DNA from: Candidatus Woesearchaeota archaeon
GTDB lineage: Archaea; Nanobdellota; Nanobdellia; Woesearchaeales; ARS49
Reading direction: 5' to 3'
Length of the DNA: 64,000 bases
Assembly (NCBI GenBank): GCA_038891615.1
Contig: JAWADY010000001.1
Span: forward strand, 1 to 64,000
The notes under the pieces were generated by a model. It saw only the letters and a program-made list of their open reading frames with translations, searched no databases and was not told the DNA's origin. Shown piece by piece: positions 31,001-39,366 of this stretch; position 1 is the first letter of the stretch; each line of letters opens with the position of its first letter. Position numbers and translations under genes: made by a program.

Positions 31001-31329
31001 AAGGGAAAAGTGTTCGTTATCTTTTCAACAAGTCCTATCACGACTTGAAAAGAGAGCTTGAAAGAATTGGATCAGTTGTACACTTAAGAGGAGACTATTT
31101 GTTCCTTGTCACATCTAATGGCCAAGAGCTTAATTTTTCTAAGGCGGCTCTCATACCTTTGAGATGCATTGAAAACTTTTCATTGCCATATTCAACAGCT
31201 CAGGCACAATTCCAGCTAGACCAGCTGCAACTATTTGGAGACTGGTTTGAAGAGCAAGAGCTTTTGGAAGATGGACAATCTGCATCTCTACTTGAGGAGC
31301 CATTAGATATTTTGGAAGAGAGTTCGTGA
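28078..31329 (+). CDS. Large divergent PolB-like protein: DEDDy 3'-5' exonuclease motifs, degenerate polymerase region
   Basis: ExoI YLDIEK, ExoII ILGYNLCYD, IDLW, LKLATLSKYLLG, ExoIII NYSTKDV; no DxxSLYPS, KxxxNSxYG or YGDTDS. Confidence 0.65.
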   Translation: MQGLEQLLLESRGKTVQSSDQLDSKKPNGYWYCDYIGYETKLTRENRLILGFRYWSPEGTKRGFVYVRRPVNIPSHFIHHTSTQELENIINKIYKDPELSKIKLVLHHHVKRSQEVAKLVKNYPEQIQLQPRSGSKNYYVMTAILPKNRRLIDRLKKISGKFQTSNYDKIARWELDCLYKKVELENSLVDAFECKNELIKIYEEMKRLAGTTSTGRKILNRKAMNELLNEGLAWHTKEEILQYLEKAKGGLEAFMHFVKEEPAKAERLLQLSKVCSSLLDKVGKDMLNVDSGSRFFYNPQTDDFELELSSLGPLKFLDKRISELEFKQQVWCYLDIEKPFWKRWWEKLYLTARELISETRVNRKYSSWLVDKMEELEKEALLKSDEHTSDVLTTFSILKEKCKRGAFAEALDVVEKKLTLQLGGHEVKLWEEPYDAKISYYSLIFKLHDGTKIREIHTIHESGLNEVQGFSVYTHKDEKELISAIIKRMKELNVAVILGYNLCYDVIQSREAAKRTKAEPMDLFITAIFPRRAYVRAAYQEMRKDIEYIDLWRLAVVNHGFFIGKNPPGDLKLATLSKYLLGEHGLTKAFSYDELRELEAKAIAGDKEAVRLILNYSTKDVEILEKIIESNENYLKRIFKVHKLIPNTPLTKVAFSPNCVLDIFEENHFRRHQNLLFYGYAQKKREDELQIFKKRFVSIKHDRLKKAKIDVRSKPGTYPCVWQVYLPLEEWLKEVVITAAPQWQDYYAALSSSPVERFGDLQYPRAFLREILADYYFVMNEFTRYNNMLGQIPLRRLEIEGRINSYENAAKKQMLNRYYRLFEELKTRYRSIYSALNKKLRAAIRADRTKKLHAQKTFFFMDFFKRDNEELFLLRANAEKVMPALDIKKQSLLNGFLTAFDSLEKLNKELEPLAKKYSNTQLSALNLIYLSNQRSRLIKRIKKFHSKYHLTPFEPSKYPLNLEQIQPSGDSAPLEGKSVRYLFNKSYHDLKRELERIGSVVHLRGDYLFLVTSNGQELNFSKAALIPLRCIENFSLPYSTAQAQFQLDQLQLFGDWFEEQELLEDGQSASLLEEPLDILEESS

Positions 31330-31343
31330 GAAACCGAAAAGGC

Positions 31344-31733
31344 TTATCCTTCTGAAATTAATACCGCATTCACAGCGCCATCCTGCCCTGGTCTTGAAGT
31401 TACTCGTGCCTTCCCCATTTCTGTCTGTATAATCGCGCCTTTTGTAATAATGTTTCTTCTGATGTAATGGCGATTTGCAGGGTTATCAATCACAGAAATT
31501 ATTCCAACTTTTGAAAACTCCTTGCTTTTAGGGTTAAAAAGATTTGCAATATTTGTTGAAAGTAGAACACTTTTTGTGCCAGCCGCCTTTGTTTTGATTA
31601 TTCTTTTTTTTATCTCGCCAATTTTTGTTAAGGCTGGCTCATTGCCAAGTTCAAACAGCCTTTTCTTTCTAGCACGAACATATCTTCCACCACTTGGCTT
31701 TCTTCCAACCCTGCCTTTATGTGAGATCGCCAT
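31344..31733 (-). CDS. rps8e: 30S ribosomal protein eS8
   Basis: [40 protein letters not shown]. Confidence 0.97.
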   Translation of the reverse strand: MAISHKGRVGRKPSGGRYVRARKKRLFELGNEPALTKIGEIKKRIIKTKAAGTKSVLLSTNIANLFNPKSKEFSKVGIISVIDNPANRHYIRRNIITKGAIIQTEMGKARVTSRPGQDGAVNAVLISEG

Positions 31734-31962
31734 ATAAAAGCAAGTCTTTAAATCATTTATAAATTTTGCTGAGCTACCGAGCCATTTATTTTACACATTG
31801 TTTTTATCTTTTTCACATCATTTGAAGCAAAACAAAAGTGCCTCATCAATAAACCATTTTTCGCACATAAGATTGTGTTTTTAATGTGTAAAATTTCCAA
31901 ATTGGCGGTTTTTCCATGCAGCAATAAAAAAAATTATAAAAGATTTGTACTTTTTTGCTGAA

Positions 31963-32421
31963 ATGCTAAAGGACTTTTTTGGGAAGGGACTACTAAACCT
32001 CGGTTCGCACATTGGTTATTTTTCCGGTATAACCACACTTGTTCCTGTACTTTCCTCTGCGCTGCGTTTTGGAAAGTCTCCATGGAGCGTTTTTCCACCA
32101 AGCTTTTGGATTGCTCTTGCTTTGATTTTTGTTTCATCGCTAATAATATTCTTCTTAAAAAAATCTCTTAGCGAAGGGCTTCGCGCAATTGGAATGATGA
32201 CAATGATTCCAGGCTTTTTTGCAGTTCTCTTTGGAATCATAAGTCAGGAAGAGGTCTTTTCTGCGCTGAATGCCAAATTTGTCGGTTTCTCTGTCATCCA
32301 ACCTTATGTTAAGCTTTTCGTTGAGCACACTGTACCAAAAACTCTTGTAGTAGGGATACTTTACATATTAATTGGTCACCTCATCTGGAGGATAGGTGTT
32401 AGACTCAGTCAAGGGTTTTAG
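31963..32421 (+). CDS. Hypothetical membrane protein
   Basis: Multiple hydrophobic segments; TTATAAA upstream. Confidence 0.65.
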   Translation: MLKDFFGKGLLNLGSHIGYFSGITTLVPVLSSALRFGKSPWSVFPPSFWIALALIFVSSLIIFFLKKSLSEGLRAIGMMTMIPGFFAVLFGIISQEEVFSALNAKFVGFSVIQPYVKLFVEHTVPKTLVVGILYILIGHLIWRIGVRLSQGF

Positions 32422-32434
32422 TTCTATTGAGAAA

Positions 32435-32965
32435 TCAGTATTCTATCCCTTTTCGTGCCACAATCTTTTTTGGCATCTTCAAAGTCACAAACTCTGTCAC
32501 ATAATCCGCTGCTCTTATAAGTCCTTTTGGTGCAAAACGTCCTGTGATATAGACTGTTGTTTTTGGAGGAACATTCTTAAGAATTTTAAGTACTTCATTG
32601 AGTGGCACAAGTTTGAATGCGACTGCGAGAGCAAGCTCATCAAGCACAAGAAGATGAGGTTTGCGCTTAAGACACTCCGCTGCAAACTTTAGGCCTTTGC
32701 GCGCAAGCTCAATGTCAATTTTTGACGGATTGTGCAGATCAACCCACCCAACTCGACCAAACTGATGCACCTCGTAATAAGGCTTGAGTCTTTCCATTAT
32801 TTTGTATTCCCCTATGTCCTTTCTGCCTTTTAGAAACTGTATGATTATGACCTTTTTCTTATGACCAACTGAGCGAAGAGCAACGCCTAGGCTTGATGTT
32901 GTTTTGCCAGCACCTGTGCCTGTCCAAAGATAAATCGTACCTCTTTTTTTTGCTTTTTTTGGCAT
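32435..32965 (-). CDS. cobO: ATP:cob(I)alamin adenosyltransferase (CobO/BtuR type)
   Basis: TGTGAGKTTSSLGVALR, IQFLKG, LVLDE, ITGR, ADYVTE, ARKGIEY. Confidence 0.93.
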   Translation of the reverse strand: MPKKAKKRGTIYLWTGTGAGKTTSSLGVALRSVGHKKKVIIIQFLKGRKDIGEYKIMERLKPYYEVHQFGRVGWVDLHNPSKIDIELARKGLKFAAECLKRKPHLLVLDELALAVAFKLVPLNEVLKILKNVPPKTTVYITGRFAPKGLIRAADYVTEFVTLKMPKKIVARKGIEY

Positions 32966-33070
32966 AAAGTGATAATTTTCGGCTATTATAAATAATTTTC
33001 CACGATTATGCGCTTACAAAAGTTTAAATAGAACTATGACAAGCCTATTTAAACTTAAAGGAGGTGCAGC

Positions 33071-33313
33071 ATGCCAAAGGTTAAGATTTACACAACACCA
33101 ACCTGTCCATACTGTGCAATGGCAAAAGCTTTCTTTAAGGAAAACAAAATTCCTTATGAAGAGATTGACGTTGCATCGAACCAAAAGGCACTCGATGAGA
33201 TGGTCTCTAAGTCAGGGCAGATTGGTGTGCCGGTTATTGAAATCGATGGAAAAATAATAATAGGCTTTGATAGGCCTGCTCTTGCAAAAGCGTTAAAGCT
33301 TGAGCAGAAGTGA
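33071..33313 (+). CDS. Glutaredoxin/NrdH-like protein
   Basis: YTTPTCPYC, SGQIGVPV, IIGFD; GGAGGTG SD. Confidence 0.92.
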   Translation: MPKVKIYTTPTCPYCAMAKAFFKENKIPYEEIDVASNQKALDEMVSKSGQIGVPVIEIDGKIIIGFDRPALAKALKLEQK

Positions 33314-33329
33314 CCCTTGCTAGCCAAAA

Positions 33330-34307
33330 ATGAGAAGAACGAATGGCTTGTTAAAAAAGCAAGGTTCAAAAAGCAAAGCAAGAGAAAAGGTTTACGACCT
33401 CATTATTATTGGTGCAGGTCCTGCTGGAATTGCAGCGGCAATCTACTGCGCAAGGCAAAAGCTCGATTTCGTGATTCTATCAAAGGATGTTGGTGGACAG
33501 ACATTGCTGAGCTCTGATGTTGAAAACTATCTCGGATTCCACTTTTTGTCAGGAGCTGATTTAGTAAAAAAATTCAGAGAGCACATTGCTGATTATGGCA
33601 TAGAAATTAGAGAGGGGGAGTCTGTCATAAAATTGGCTAGGAAAGGTAATGTGTTTTGGGTAAAAAGCAATAGGGGAATTTACAAAGCGCGAACAATCCT
33701 CATCGCAACTGGTAAAAAGCCCAAGAAACTTAATGTGCCTGGTGAGGATTCCCTTTATGGCAAAGGAGTTACCTTTTGCGCGACATGTGATGCACCCCTT
33801 TTCAAAGGCAAAGATGTTGCTGTGGTAGGTGGTGGTAATTCTGCAATGGATGCTGCGCTTTTTGCAGCTAAATATTCACCAAAAGTATACCTTGTGACAA
33901 TAAATCCTGCACTTGAGGGGGAGAAGGGCTTGATGCAAAAGGTTCTTTCCAACAAGAAAATAACAGTACTATACAATGCTATTACAAAAGCAATTCTTGG
34001 CAAAGATTTTGTTGATGGTATTATTATTGAACAGGATGGCAAGACTAAAAGGCTTTCTGTGCAAGGTGTTTTTGTTGAAATAGGGCTAATTCCAAGCTCT
34101 GATATTGTCAAAGGAATGGTCAAGCTTAATAAAAAAGGCGAAATCATTGTTAATAAAAATAATATGACGAGCGTTCCAGGAATATTTGCAGCAGGGGATG
34201 TAACAAACGTTTGCGAAAAGCAGATTTTGGTTGCAGCTGGAGAGGGTGCAAAAGCTGCTCTTGACATAATAAAATACTTGCAGAAGAAACCTGCTCAGAC
34301 TTATTAA
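33330..34307 (+). CDS. trxB: Thioredoxin reductase
   Basis: GAGPAG, CATCD, VVGGGNSA, GIFAAGD. Confidence 0.93.
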   Translation: MRRTNGLLKKQGSKSKAREKVYDLIIIGAGPAGIAAAIYCARQKLDFVILSKDVGGQTLLSSDVENYLGFHFLSGADLVKKFREHIADYGIEIREGESVIKLARKGNVFWVKSNRGIYKARTILIATGKKPKKLNVPGEDSLYGKGVTFCATCDAPLFKGKDVAVVGGGNSAMDAALFAAKYSPKVYLVTINPALEGEKGLMQKVLSNKKITVLYNAITKAILGKDFVDGIIIEQDGKTKRLSVQGVFVEIGLIPSSDIVKGMVKLNKKGEIIVNKNNMTSVPGIFAAGDVTNVCEKQILVAAGEGAKAALDIIKYLQKKPAQTY

Positions 34308-34352
34308 AAAGAACTTTAAAATAAACTCCAAACACTGCATGCAAGGTGAGAA

Positions 34353-35327
34353 ATGGGAATGAAATACCATGTTGTGACAGTTGGTTCTGCAACTGTTGAT
34401 CTATTTGCCAGGATGACAAAGCGGTTTAGCGAGCCAAAGCCAGGAGACAAAGTACTTTTAGATTTCATCGACATAGAGGTTGGCGGAGGAGGGGTAAATC
34501 CAGCAATTGCTCTTTCACGAATGGGCTTGCGCACAGCGTTTTTAGGAAAGCTGGGTTCTGACCATAATGCTGATGAGATTGTGCGAACACTTGTGATGGA
34601 GGGTGTTGAACTTTTGAATCAGAAGATTTCAAAATTAAAGACTGCTTTCTCAATTATTTTGACAAGCAAAAAGGAAGCAGACAGGATACTTTATACCTAC
34701 AAGGGTGCTAGCAACGACCTTGGCTATGATGAAGTGGATGAGCGCGCCTTAGCAAATACAGATTGGATATACCTTGCAACAATGCTCGGAAAATCTTTTA
34801 AGACTGCTGAAAAAATAGCTCAATTTGCAAAGCAAAATGGCATAAATCTGCTATTCAACACAAGTCTTTATCTAGCTTCAATGGGAGCTAGCTATCTTTC
34901 AAAAATCCTCGAAGCTGCTTCGGTTCTAATCCTCAACAGAGAAGAAGCTGCAGTTTTGCTTGACAAACGGCAATCAACGCCTGTCAGAACGCTCCTAAAC
35001 GGCCTTGCTGCGCTTGGACCGCGAATATGTATTGTTACAGATGGTGCAAGAGGAGTTCACGCCTTTGATGGTGGTTGTTATTATTTTATGAAGCCTTATA
35101 GGGTGAAAGTTGTGAGTACTGCAGGCGCAGGTGATGCCTTTAATTCTGGTCTTCTCGCTGGCCTAATTAGGACGAGTAGTCTTGAAACAGCAATCAAGGT
35201 AGGAATGGCAAACGCAGCATCCGTAATTAAATATTGGGGAACAAAAAATAGGCTGCTTAGCTGGTCAGAAGCGCTGCAATTCATCAGAAAGCACACTGAA
35301 AGCGTGCTAAAAACAGTCTGCCAATGA
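34353..35327 (+). CDS. PfkB-family carbohydrate kinase
   Basis: GGGGVN.AIALSRMG, LNREEA, VTDG..G, STAGAGDAFNSG. Confidence 0.9.
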   Translation: MGMKYHVVTVGSATVDLFARMTKRFSEPKPGDKVLLDFIDIEVGGGGVNPAIALSRMGLRTAFLGKLGSDHNADEIVRTLVMEGVELLNQKISKLKTAFSIILTSKKEADRILYTYKGASNDLGYDEVDERALANTDWIYLATMLGKSFKTAEKIAQFAKQNGINLLFNTSLYLASMGASYLSKILEAASVLILNREEAAVLLDKRQSTPVRTLLNGLAALGPRICIVTDGARGVHAFDGGCYYFMKPYRVKVVSTAGAGDAFNSGLLAGLIRTSSLETAIKVGMANAASVIKYWGTKNRLLSWSEALQFIRKHTESVLKTVCQ

Positions 35328-35344
35328 GCCAGCGTTAAGAGCCT

Positions 35345-36148
35345 TCAGCCAAGCTGCTTCAATGCCCTGTCAACGTCTTGCCCTTCAAAAATTATTTTCT
35401 TTATCGCCCTTGTAATTCTAAGCGGGTTGCTATGGCTCCAAACATTTCTTCCAACAGCAATTCCAGCAGCACCTGCTGACATTGCTTCTGAAGTCATTTG
35501 GAGAAATTCTCTGTCAGGCATTGGCTCTCCTCCAGCCACAACAACCCTTGCTTTTCCAGCATTTGCTACAACCCATTTAAAGCCAAGAACATCACGATTA
35601 TATTTTACCTTGACGATATCTGCACCTAGCTCAAGTCCTGCTCTTGCTGCATGTGCTATCACATCTGTAGAAAACTCATTGACAACAGAAGAGCCACGCG
35701 GGTACATCCATCCAATGACAGGAATACCACTGTTGTGTGCTTCTTCGACAATATTTCCGAACTCTTTAAACATCTGCCCTTCGTGATGACTACCGACATA
35801 AATGGTATAACCAACAGCGTCCGCGCCAAGCTTTAATGCGCGTTTAACAGAGCAGTGCTGTAACGATAGGGGTTCTGTCTTTGCAATGCTTGTTCTGCCA
35901 TTCAACTTTATGATAAGTGGCACTTTTTTTATCGTGCCATAATACTTTTCAGCAATGCCTGGCTGAAGGACGACGCCACTGTAGCCTCCTTTCTCTGCTA
36001 TTTCTATTATTCGTTCTGGCTTACAATTTTCGAGATTGAAATCCGCAGATGGGCCATGTTCAAGCCCATGATCATAGGCAAGAAAGATTGCCTTTCCTTC
36101 CCTTAAAATCTTATACAGCCTTACCATTTTCCTCTTTTTGACACTCAA
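35345..36148 (-). CDS. Class I fructose-bisphosphate aldolase (DhnA type)
   Basis: LAYDHGLEHGP, KLNG, WMYPRG, ELGADIVKVKY, AVGRNVW. Confidence 0.92.
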   Translation of the reverse strand: MSVKKRKMVRLYKILREGKAIFLAYDHGLEHGPSADFNLENCKPERIIEIAEKGGYSGVVLQPGIAEKYYGTIKKVPLIIKLNGRTSIAKTEPLSLQHCSVKRALKLGADAVGYTIYVGSHHEGQMFKEFGNIVEEAHNSGIPVIGWMYPRGSSVVNEFSTDVIAHAARAGLELGADIVKVKYNRDVLGFKWVVANAGKARVVVAGGEPMPDREFLQMTSEAMSAGAAGIAVGRNVWSHSNPLRITRAIKKIIFEGQDVDRALKQLG

Positions 36149-36220
36149 ATTGTATTATCATGTTGCTTTTATAAAGTTTTTTACCAAAAAATTTTTAATC
36201 CTGCCTTTTTCCTTTTCTTT

Positions 36221-36874
36221 ATGTTTACAAAAAAAGAGCTTGCTAGCCGTATTGATGCCTCAATTCTAAGGCCCGATGTGACAATATCCGAGCTAAAACG
36301 CTTTTGCACTCAAGCAAAAAAATATGGCTTTCATTCTGTTGCAGTCAATTCAATAAATGTTGCAAGTGCCAAGGCTTTTTTAAGAGGCAGTCCTGTTCGC
36401 GTTACTTCAACAATTGGGTATCCTCTTGGAGCAGTGCCAACAAAAGTAAAACTTGAAGAAGTCAGAATCGCGATTGCAGCAGGAGCGGATGAACTTGATG
36501 TAGTTATGAACATTGGCGCTTTAAAGTCAAAACAATACGACAGGGTTCGTAAGGATCTAGAGGCAGTTGTAAAAGCCGCGCGCGGGAGGATTGTTAAAGT
36601 AATAATTGAAACCGGATTGTTGAGTGAGGAGGAAATAATAGCTGCCTGCAAGTGCGTCAAGGAAGCTGGAGCGCAGTTTGTGAAGAGTGGCACCGGTTGG
36701 GGTCCTGCAGTTACTGTAAAAGACATAAAGCTGATAAGAAAAACTGTTGGTCCTGGATTTGGGGTAAAGGCAGCTGGCGGCATTCGCACAGCCAGGCAAG
36801 CCTTTGCTCTTCTAAAGGCTGGTGCTGACAGGCTTGGGATAAGTGCAGCGGCAAAAATTGTTGATGAGCTTTAA
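36221..36874 (+). CDS. deoC: Deoxyribose-phosphate aldolase
   Basis: IGYPLG, GADELDVV, KVIIETG, FVKSGTG, VKAAGGIR. Confidence 0.95.
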   Translation: MFTKKELASRIDASILRPDVTISELKRFCTQAKKYGFHSVAVNSINVASAKAFLRGSPVRVTSTIGYPLGAVPTKVKLEEVRIAIAAGADELDVVMNIGALKSKQYDRVRKDLEAVVKAARGRIVKVIIETGLLSEEEIIAACKCVKEAGAQFVKSGTGWGPAVTVKDIKLIRKTVGPGFGVKAAGGIRTARQAFALLKAGADRLGISAAAKIVDEL

Positions 36875-37037
36875 TAAGAAAAAATCTTTTTGTTGAAAAA
36901 AACGTTGCTATGGAAATATTTATAAACAAAAAAGCTTTTCTTACTTTGACCAAAGGGGGATTTTTTTAGTTGGAGACCTCCAAACTAATGAGATTTCTTA
37001 AAGCAATGCTTAAAAACTATTCAAACATTCCTTTCTA

Positions 37038-37109
37038 GGGCCCTTAGCTCAGCAGTAGAGCGCATCGTTCGCTGCGATGAGGCCGCGGGTGCGAATCCCG
37101 CAGGGTCCA
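37038..37109 (+). tRNA. tRNA-Ala(CGC), atypical (U37, D-loop lacking GG, T-loop TGCGAAT)
   Basis: GGGCCCT/AGGGTCC-A with G3:U70; CATCG-TT-CGC-TG-CGATG. Confidence 0.85.
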
Positions 37110-37174
37110 TAAAGTTTGTTTTCATACAACTTCGAGATAGTTTTTTAAACGAAATTTTATTTCAGAGCCTTTGC

Positions 37175-37258
37175 GGGCCGGTGGCGTAATGGTATCGTGC
37201 TCCCTTGGCTTTGAAACCAGAAAGGGAGAGACTCCGGGTTCGAATCCCGGCCGGTCCA
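37175..37258 (+). tRNA. tRNA-Ala(GGC) with 12-nt intron (37211-37222)
   Basis: GGGCCGG/CCGGTCC-A with G3:U70; helix TTGG/CCAG, 3' bulge AAA; mature CTCCC-TT-GGC-TA-GGGAG. Confidence 0.85.
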
Positions 37259-37386
37259 TCACGCTTTGAAAACTTTAGCCACAACCCGAAAAATCAAAGC
37301 TTGCCAGAAACAGCAGATTTACAATGAATCTAATCTAATCACAATATTTAAATATATTGCCACGAAATTTTACTTTTGGGTAAAAA

Positions 37387-38025
37387 GTGATAAAAGCAGT
37401 TTTGTTTGATTTTTGGGGAACTATTGTGGAAAATGGAACCTTTTCTCCACTCAGACAGACTTATGTAATCCTCCGTGTAAACATGCCTTTTTCATCTTTT
37501 GTCCAGCGCTTCGAGGAGGCTTTTATGACAAAAAAATTTGAGGACCTCTCAAGCGCGCTTAAATCTGCAATTGGAGCATTTCCAGGCTTGGAACCAAGCC
37601 CTTTTGTCATTGAAAAGTTGATTGGAATTTGGAACAAAAACAGGCTTTTGGCAAAACCTTTCCCAGAAACAACTGCTGTGCTTGAAGAGCTAAAGACAAA
37701 AGGGTTAAAGATTGGGCTAATCTCAAATGCAGATTGCTTTAGCATCGAGCCTCTGTTAGAAAGGTTTGACCTTGCAAAATACTTTGATGCAATGCATCTA
37801 TCATGGCAGACTGGGTTTCTAAAAACAAATCCAAAATCATTTGAGATTCTGCTTAGACAACTTGGTGTTTCAAAAGATGAGACACTAATGGTTGGTGATA
37901 GCCTTGAAACAGACATCGAAGGCGCTAGAAAGGCCGGAATACGGGCAATTCTTATTGACAGAAAGGGGAAAAGGGATTATCCGAATAAGATAGGCAACCT
38001 AAATGAACTCATGAGGTTCTTGTGA
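37387..38025 (+). CDS. HAD-superfamily hydrolase
   Basis: LFDFWGT, ISN, K, MVGDSLETDIEGA. Confidence 0.9.
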   Translation: MIKAVLFDFWGTIVENGTFSPLRQTYVILRVNMPFSSFVQRFEEAFMTKKFEDLSSALKSAIGAFPGLEPSPFVIEKLIGIWNKNRLLAKPFPETTAVLEELKTKGLKIGLISNADCFSIEPLLERFDLAKYFDAMHLSWQTGFLKTNPKSFEILLRQLGVSKDETLMVGDSLETDIEGARKAGIRAILIDRKGKRDYPNKIGNLNELMRFL

Positions 38026-38435
38026 AAATGTCTGATTGCATTTTCTGCAAAATAATCAAAAAAGAAATTCCTGCAAACATTGTTTATGAAAACGACAAAG
38101 TAATTGCATTTTTAGACATAAGGCCAATAAACACAGGGCACATGCTTGTTGTGCCAAAGACTCATAATGTCAACCTTTTAGACACCCCAGAAGACATTCT
38201 TTGCGAATTAGCAATTGCAACAAAAAAGATTTCAGCAGCCGTAATCAAAGCAGTTGGCGCGCAAGGCTTTAACATTGGAATGAATAACGGCAAAGCAGCA
38301 GGTCAGCTCGTCATGCACGCACATTTGCACATAATCCCAAGATTTCCAAACGATGGACTTAGGCACTGGCCTGGAAAGGAAAGTTCAAAAGAAGAGCTTG
38401 AAGCTATAGCCAAAGAAATAGTTAAGCTTTTATAA
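38022..38435 (+). CDS. HIT-family nucleotide hydrolase
   Basis: DCIFCKI, GHMLVVPK, HAHLHIIPR. Confidence 0.95.
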   Translation: MKMSDCIFCKIIKKEIPANIVYENDKVIAFLDIRPINTGHMLVVPKTHNVNLLDTPEDILCELAIATKKISAAVIKAVGAQGFNIGMNNGKAAGQLVMHAHLHIIPRFPNDGLRHWPGKESSKEELEAIAKEIVKLL

Positions 38436-38462
38436 ACACTTTTTCTTGTTTTGACTAAAAAA

Positions 38463-38536
38463 GCCGGTGTAGCTCAGCCTGGCAGAGCGACGGTCTCATA
38501 ATCCGTAGGTCATGGGTTCAAATCCCATCACCGGCA
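38463..38536 (+). tRNA. tRNA-Met(CAT), elongator type
   Basis: GCCGGTG/CACCGGC-A; ACGGT-CT-CAT-AA-TCCGT. Confidence 0.9.
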
Positions 38537-38542
38537 CGTAAT

Positions 38543-38637
38543 GCCGCCGTGGCACAATGGTACTGCGCGGGACTGGAGACAAAGTTCAGCAATCCCGTTC
38601 CCGAAAGGGTTTCCCGGTTCGATTCCGGGCGGCGGCG
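38543..38637 (+). tRNA. tRNA-Ser(GGA) with 13-nt intron (38579-38591)
   Basis: Helix CTGG/TCAG, bulges AGA/CAA; mature CGGGA-CT-GGA-GA-TCCCG; long variable arm. Confidence 0.9.
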
Positions 38638-38698
38638 TTTTCGCACAACGCTAATTCACGAAAGCTTTAAAACAGCCCTCTTTCTTTCAAATGCGTTA

Positions 38699-38808
38699 GC
38701 CCCTGTAGTCTAGCCCGGTCAAGGATACAGCCCTCTCGGCGTGTTTGCCAAACAAAAAGTACAAACGTGAGAAAGGCTGTGACGCGGGTTCAAATCCCGC
38801 CGGGGGCA
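38699..38808 (+). tRNA. tRNA-Glu(CTC) with 35-nt intron (38739-38773)
   Basis: Body nearly identical to tRNA-Glu(TTC) at 12112; mature CAGCC-CT-CTC-GA-GGCTG. Confidence 0.9.
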
Positions 38809-38908
38809 TTAAAAACAACTTTTAGTTTCAATGCCACTATTCAAGCCAACTCACTGATTTTAAAAGATGCAGAACATTTATAAGGAAGCCACATTTTTTT
38901 AATTAAAA

Positions 38909-39019
38909 ATGAAGCGAAGCTCAAGGCGGTGGAAAAAAAAGAGGCAAATGCGTTGGAAGTGGCAGCGCAAGCGCATGAAGAAAGAGAAGCGAAAGCGCAA
39001 GGCAATGGCTGCAAAGTAA
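38909..39019 (+). CDS. rpl41e: Ribosomal protein eL41 (36 aa; below ORF-track cutoff)
   Basis: MKRSSRRWKKKRQMRWKWQRKRMKKEKRKRKAMAAK; TTTATAA ~25 nt upstream. Confidence 0.85.
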   Translation: MKRSSRRWKKKRQMRWKWQRKRMKKEKRKRKAMAAK

Positions 39020-39036
39020 GCATGCGCTTGGATTTA

Positions 39037-39124
39037 TGGGCCGAGGCGGATTCGAACCGCCGACCTCCACCTTTCATAGACATTGCTTGTAAGGGTGGTG
39101 TCATAACCACTAGACCATCGGCCC
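39037..39124 (-). tRNA. tRNA-Val(TAC) with 15-nt intron (39073-39087)
   Basis: GGGCCGA/TCGGCCC-A; mature CCACC-CT-TAC-AA-GGTGG; GGTTCGAATCC. Confidence 0.9.
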
Positions 39125-39237
39125 TTATCGTGTTAAAGCAGCTTGTTTAAAAAGCCTTTCCCATGACCTTAGTAACAAAACTTTTATTTGACTGCAACAT
39201 AAATATTTAAAAAGAGAAGAAAACAAAGCTTTCTTGA

Positions 39238-39342
39238 GGGCCCGTAGCTTAGCCTGGTTATAGCGACGGTCTTATATGGCATTGCTATAAACAAAATGCC
39301 TAGGCGAGCCGTAGGTCTGGAGTTCAAATCTCCACGGGCCCA
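39238..39342 (+). tRNA. tRNA-Ile(TAT) with 30-nt intron (39277-39306)
   Basis: GGGCCCG/CGGGCCC-A; BHB CTTA/TAGG, bulges TAT/CGA, inner stem GGCATT/AATGCC; mature ACGGT-CT-TAT-AA-GCCGT. Confidence 0.9.
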
Positions 39343-39366
39343 TATAACTTCAAATGGAGGGTAAAA

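Noticed and set aside
37175-37258. Reading this tRNA as Pro(TGG)
   Set aside because: Stem register puts GGC at 34-36 and the acceptor has the G3:U70 alanine determinant
38463-38536. CAT tRNA as initiator or Ile2
   Set aside because: GCCGG acceptor without initiator A1:U72 or three anticodon G:C pairs; a separate Ile(TAT) is present
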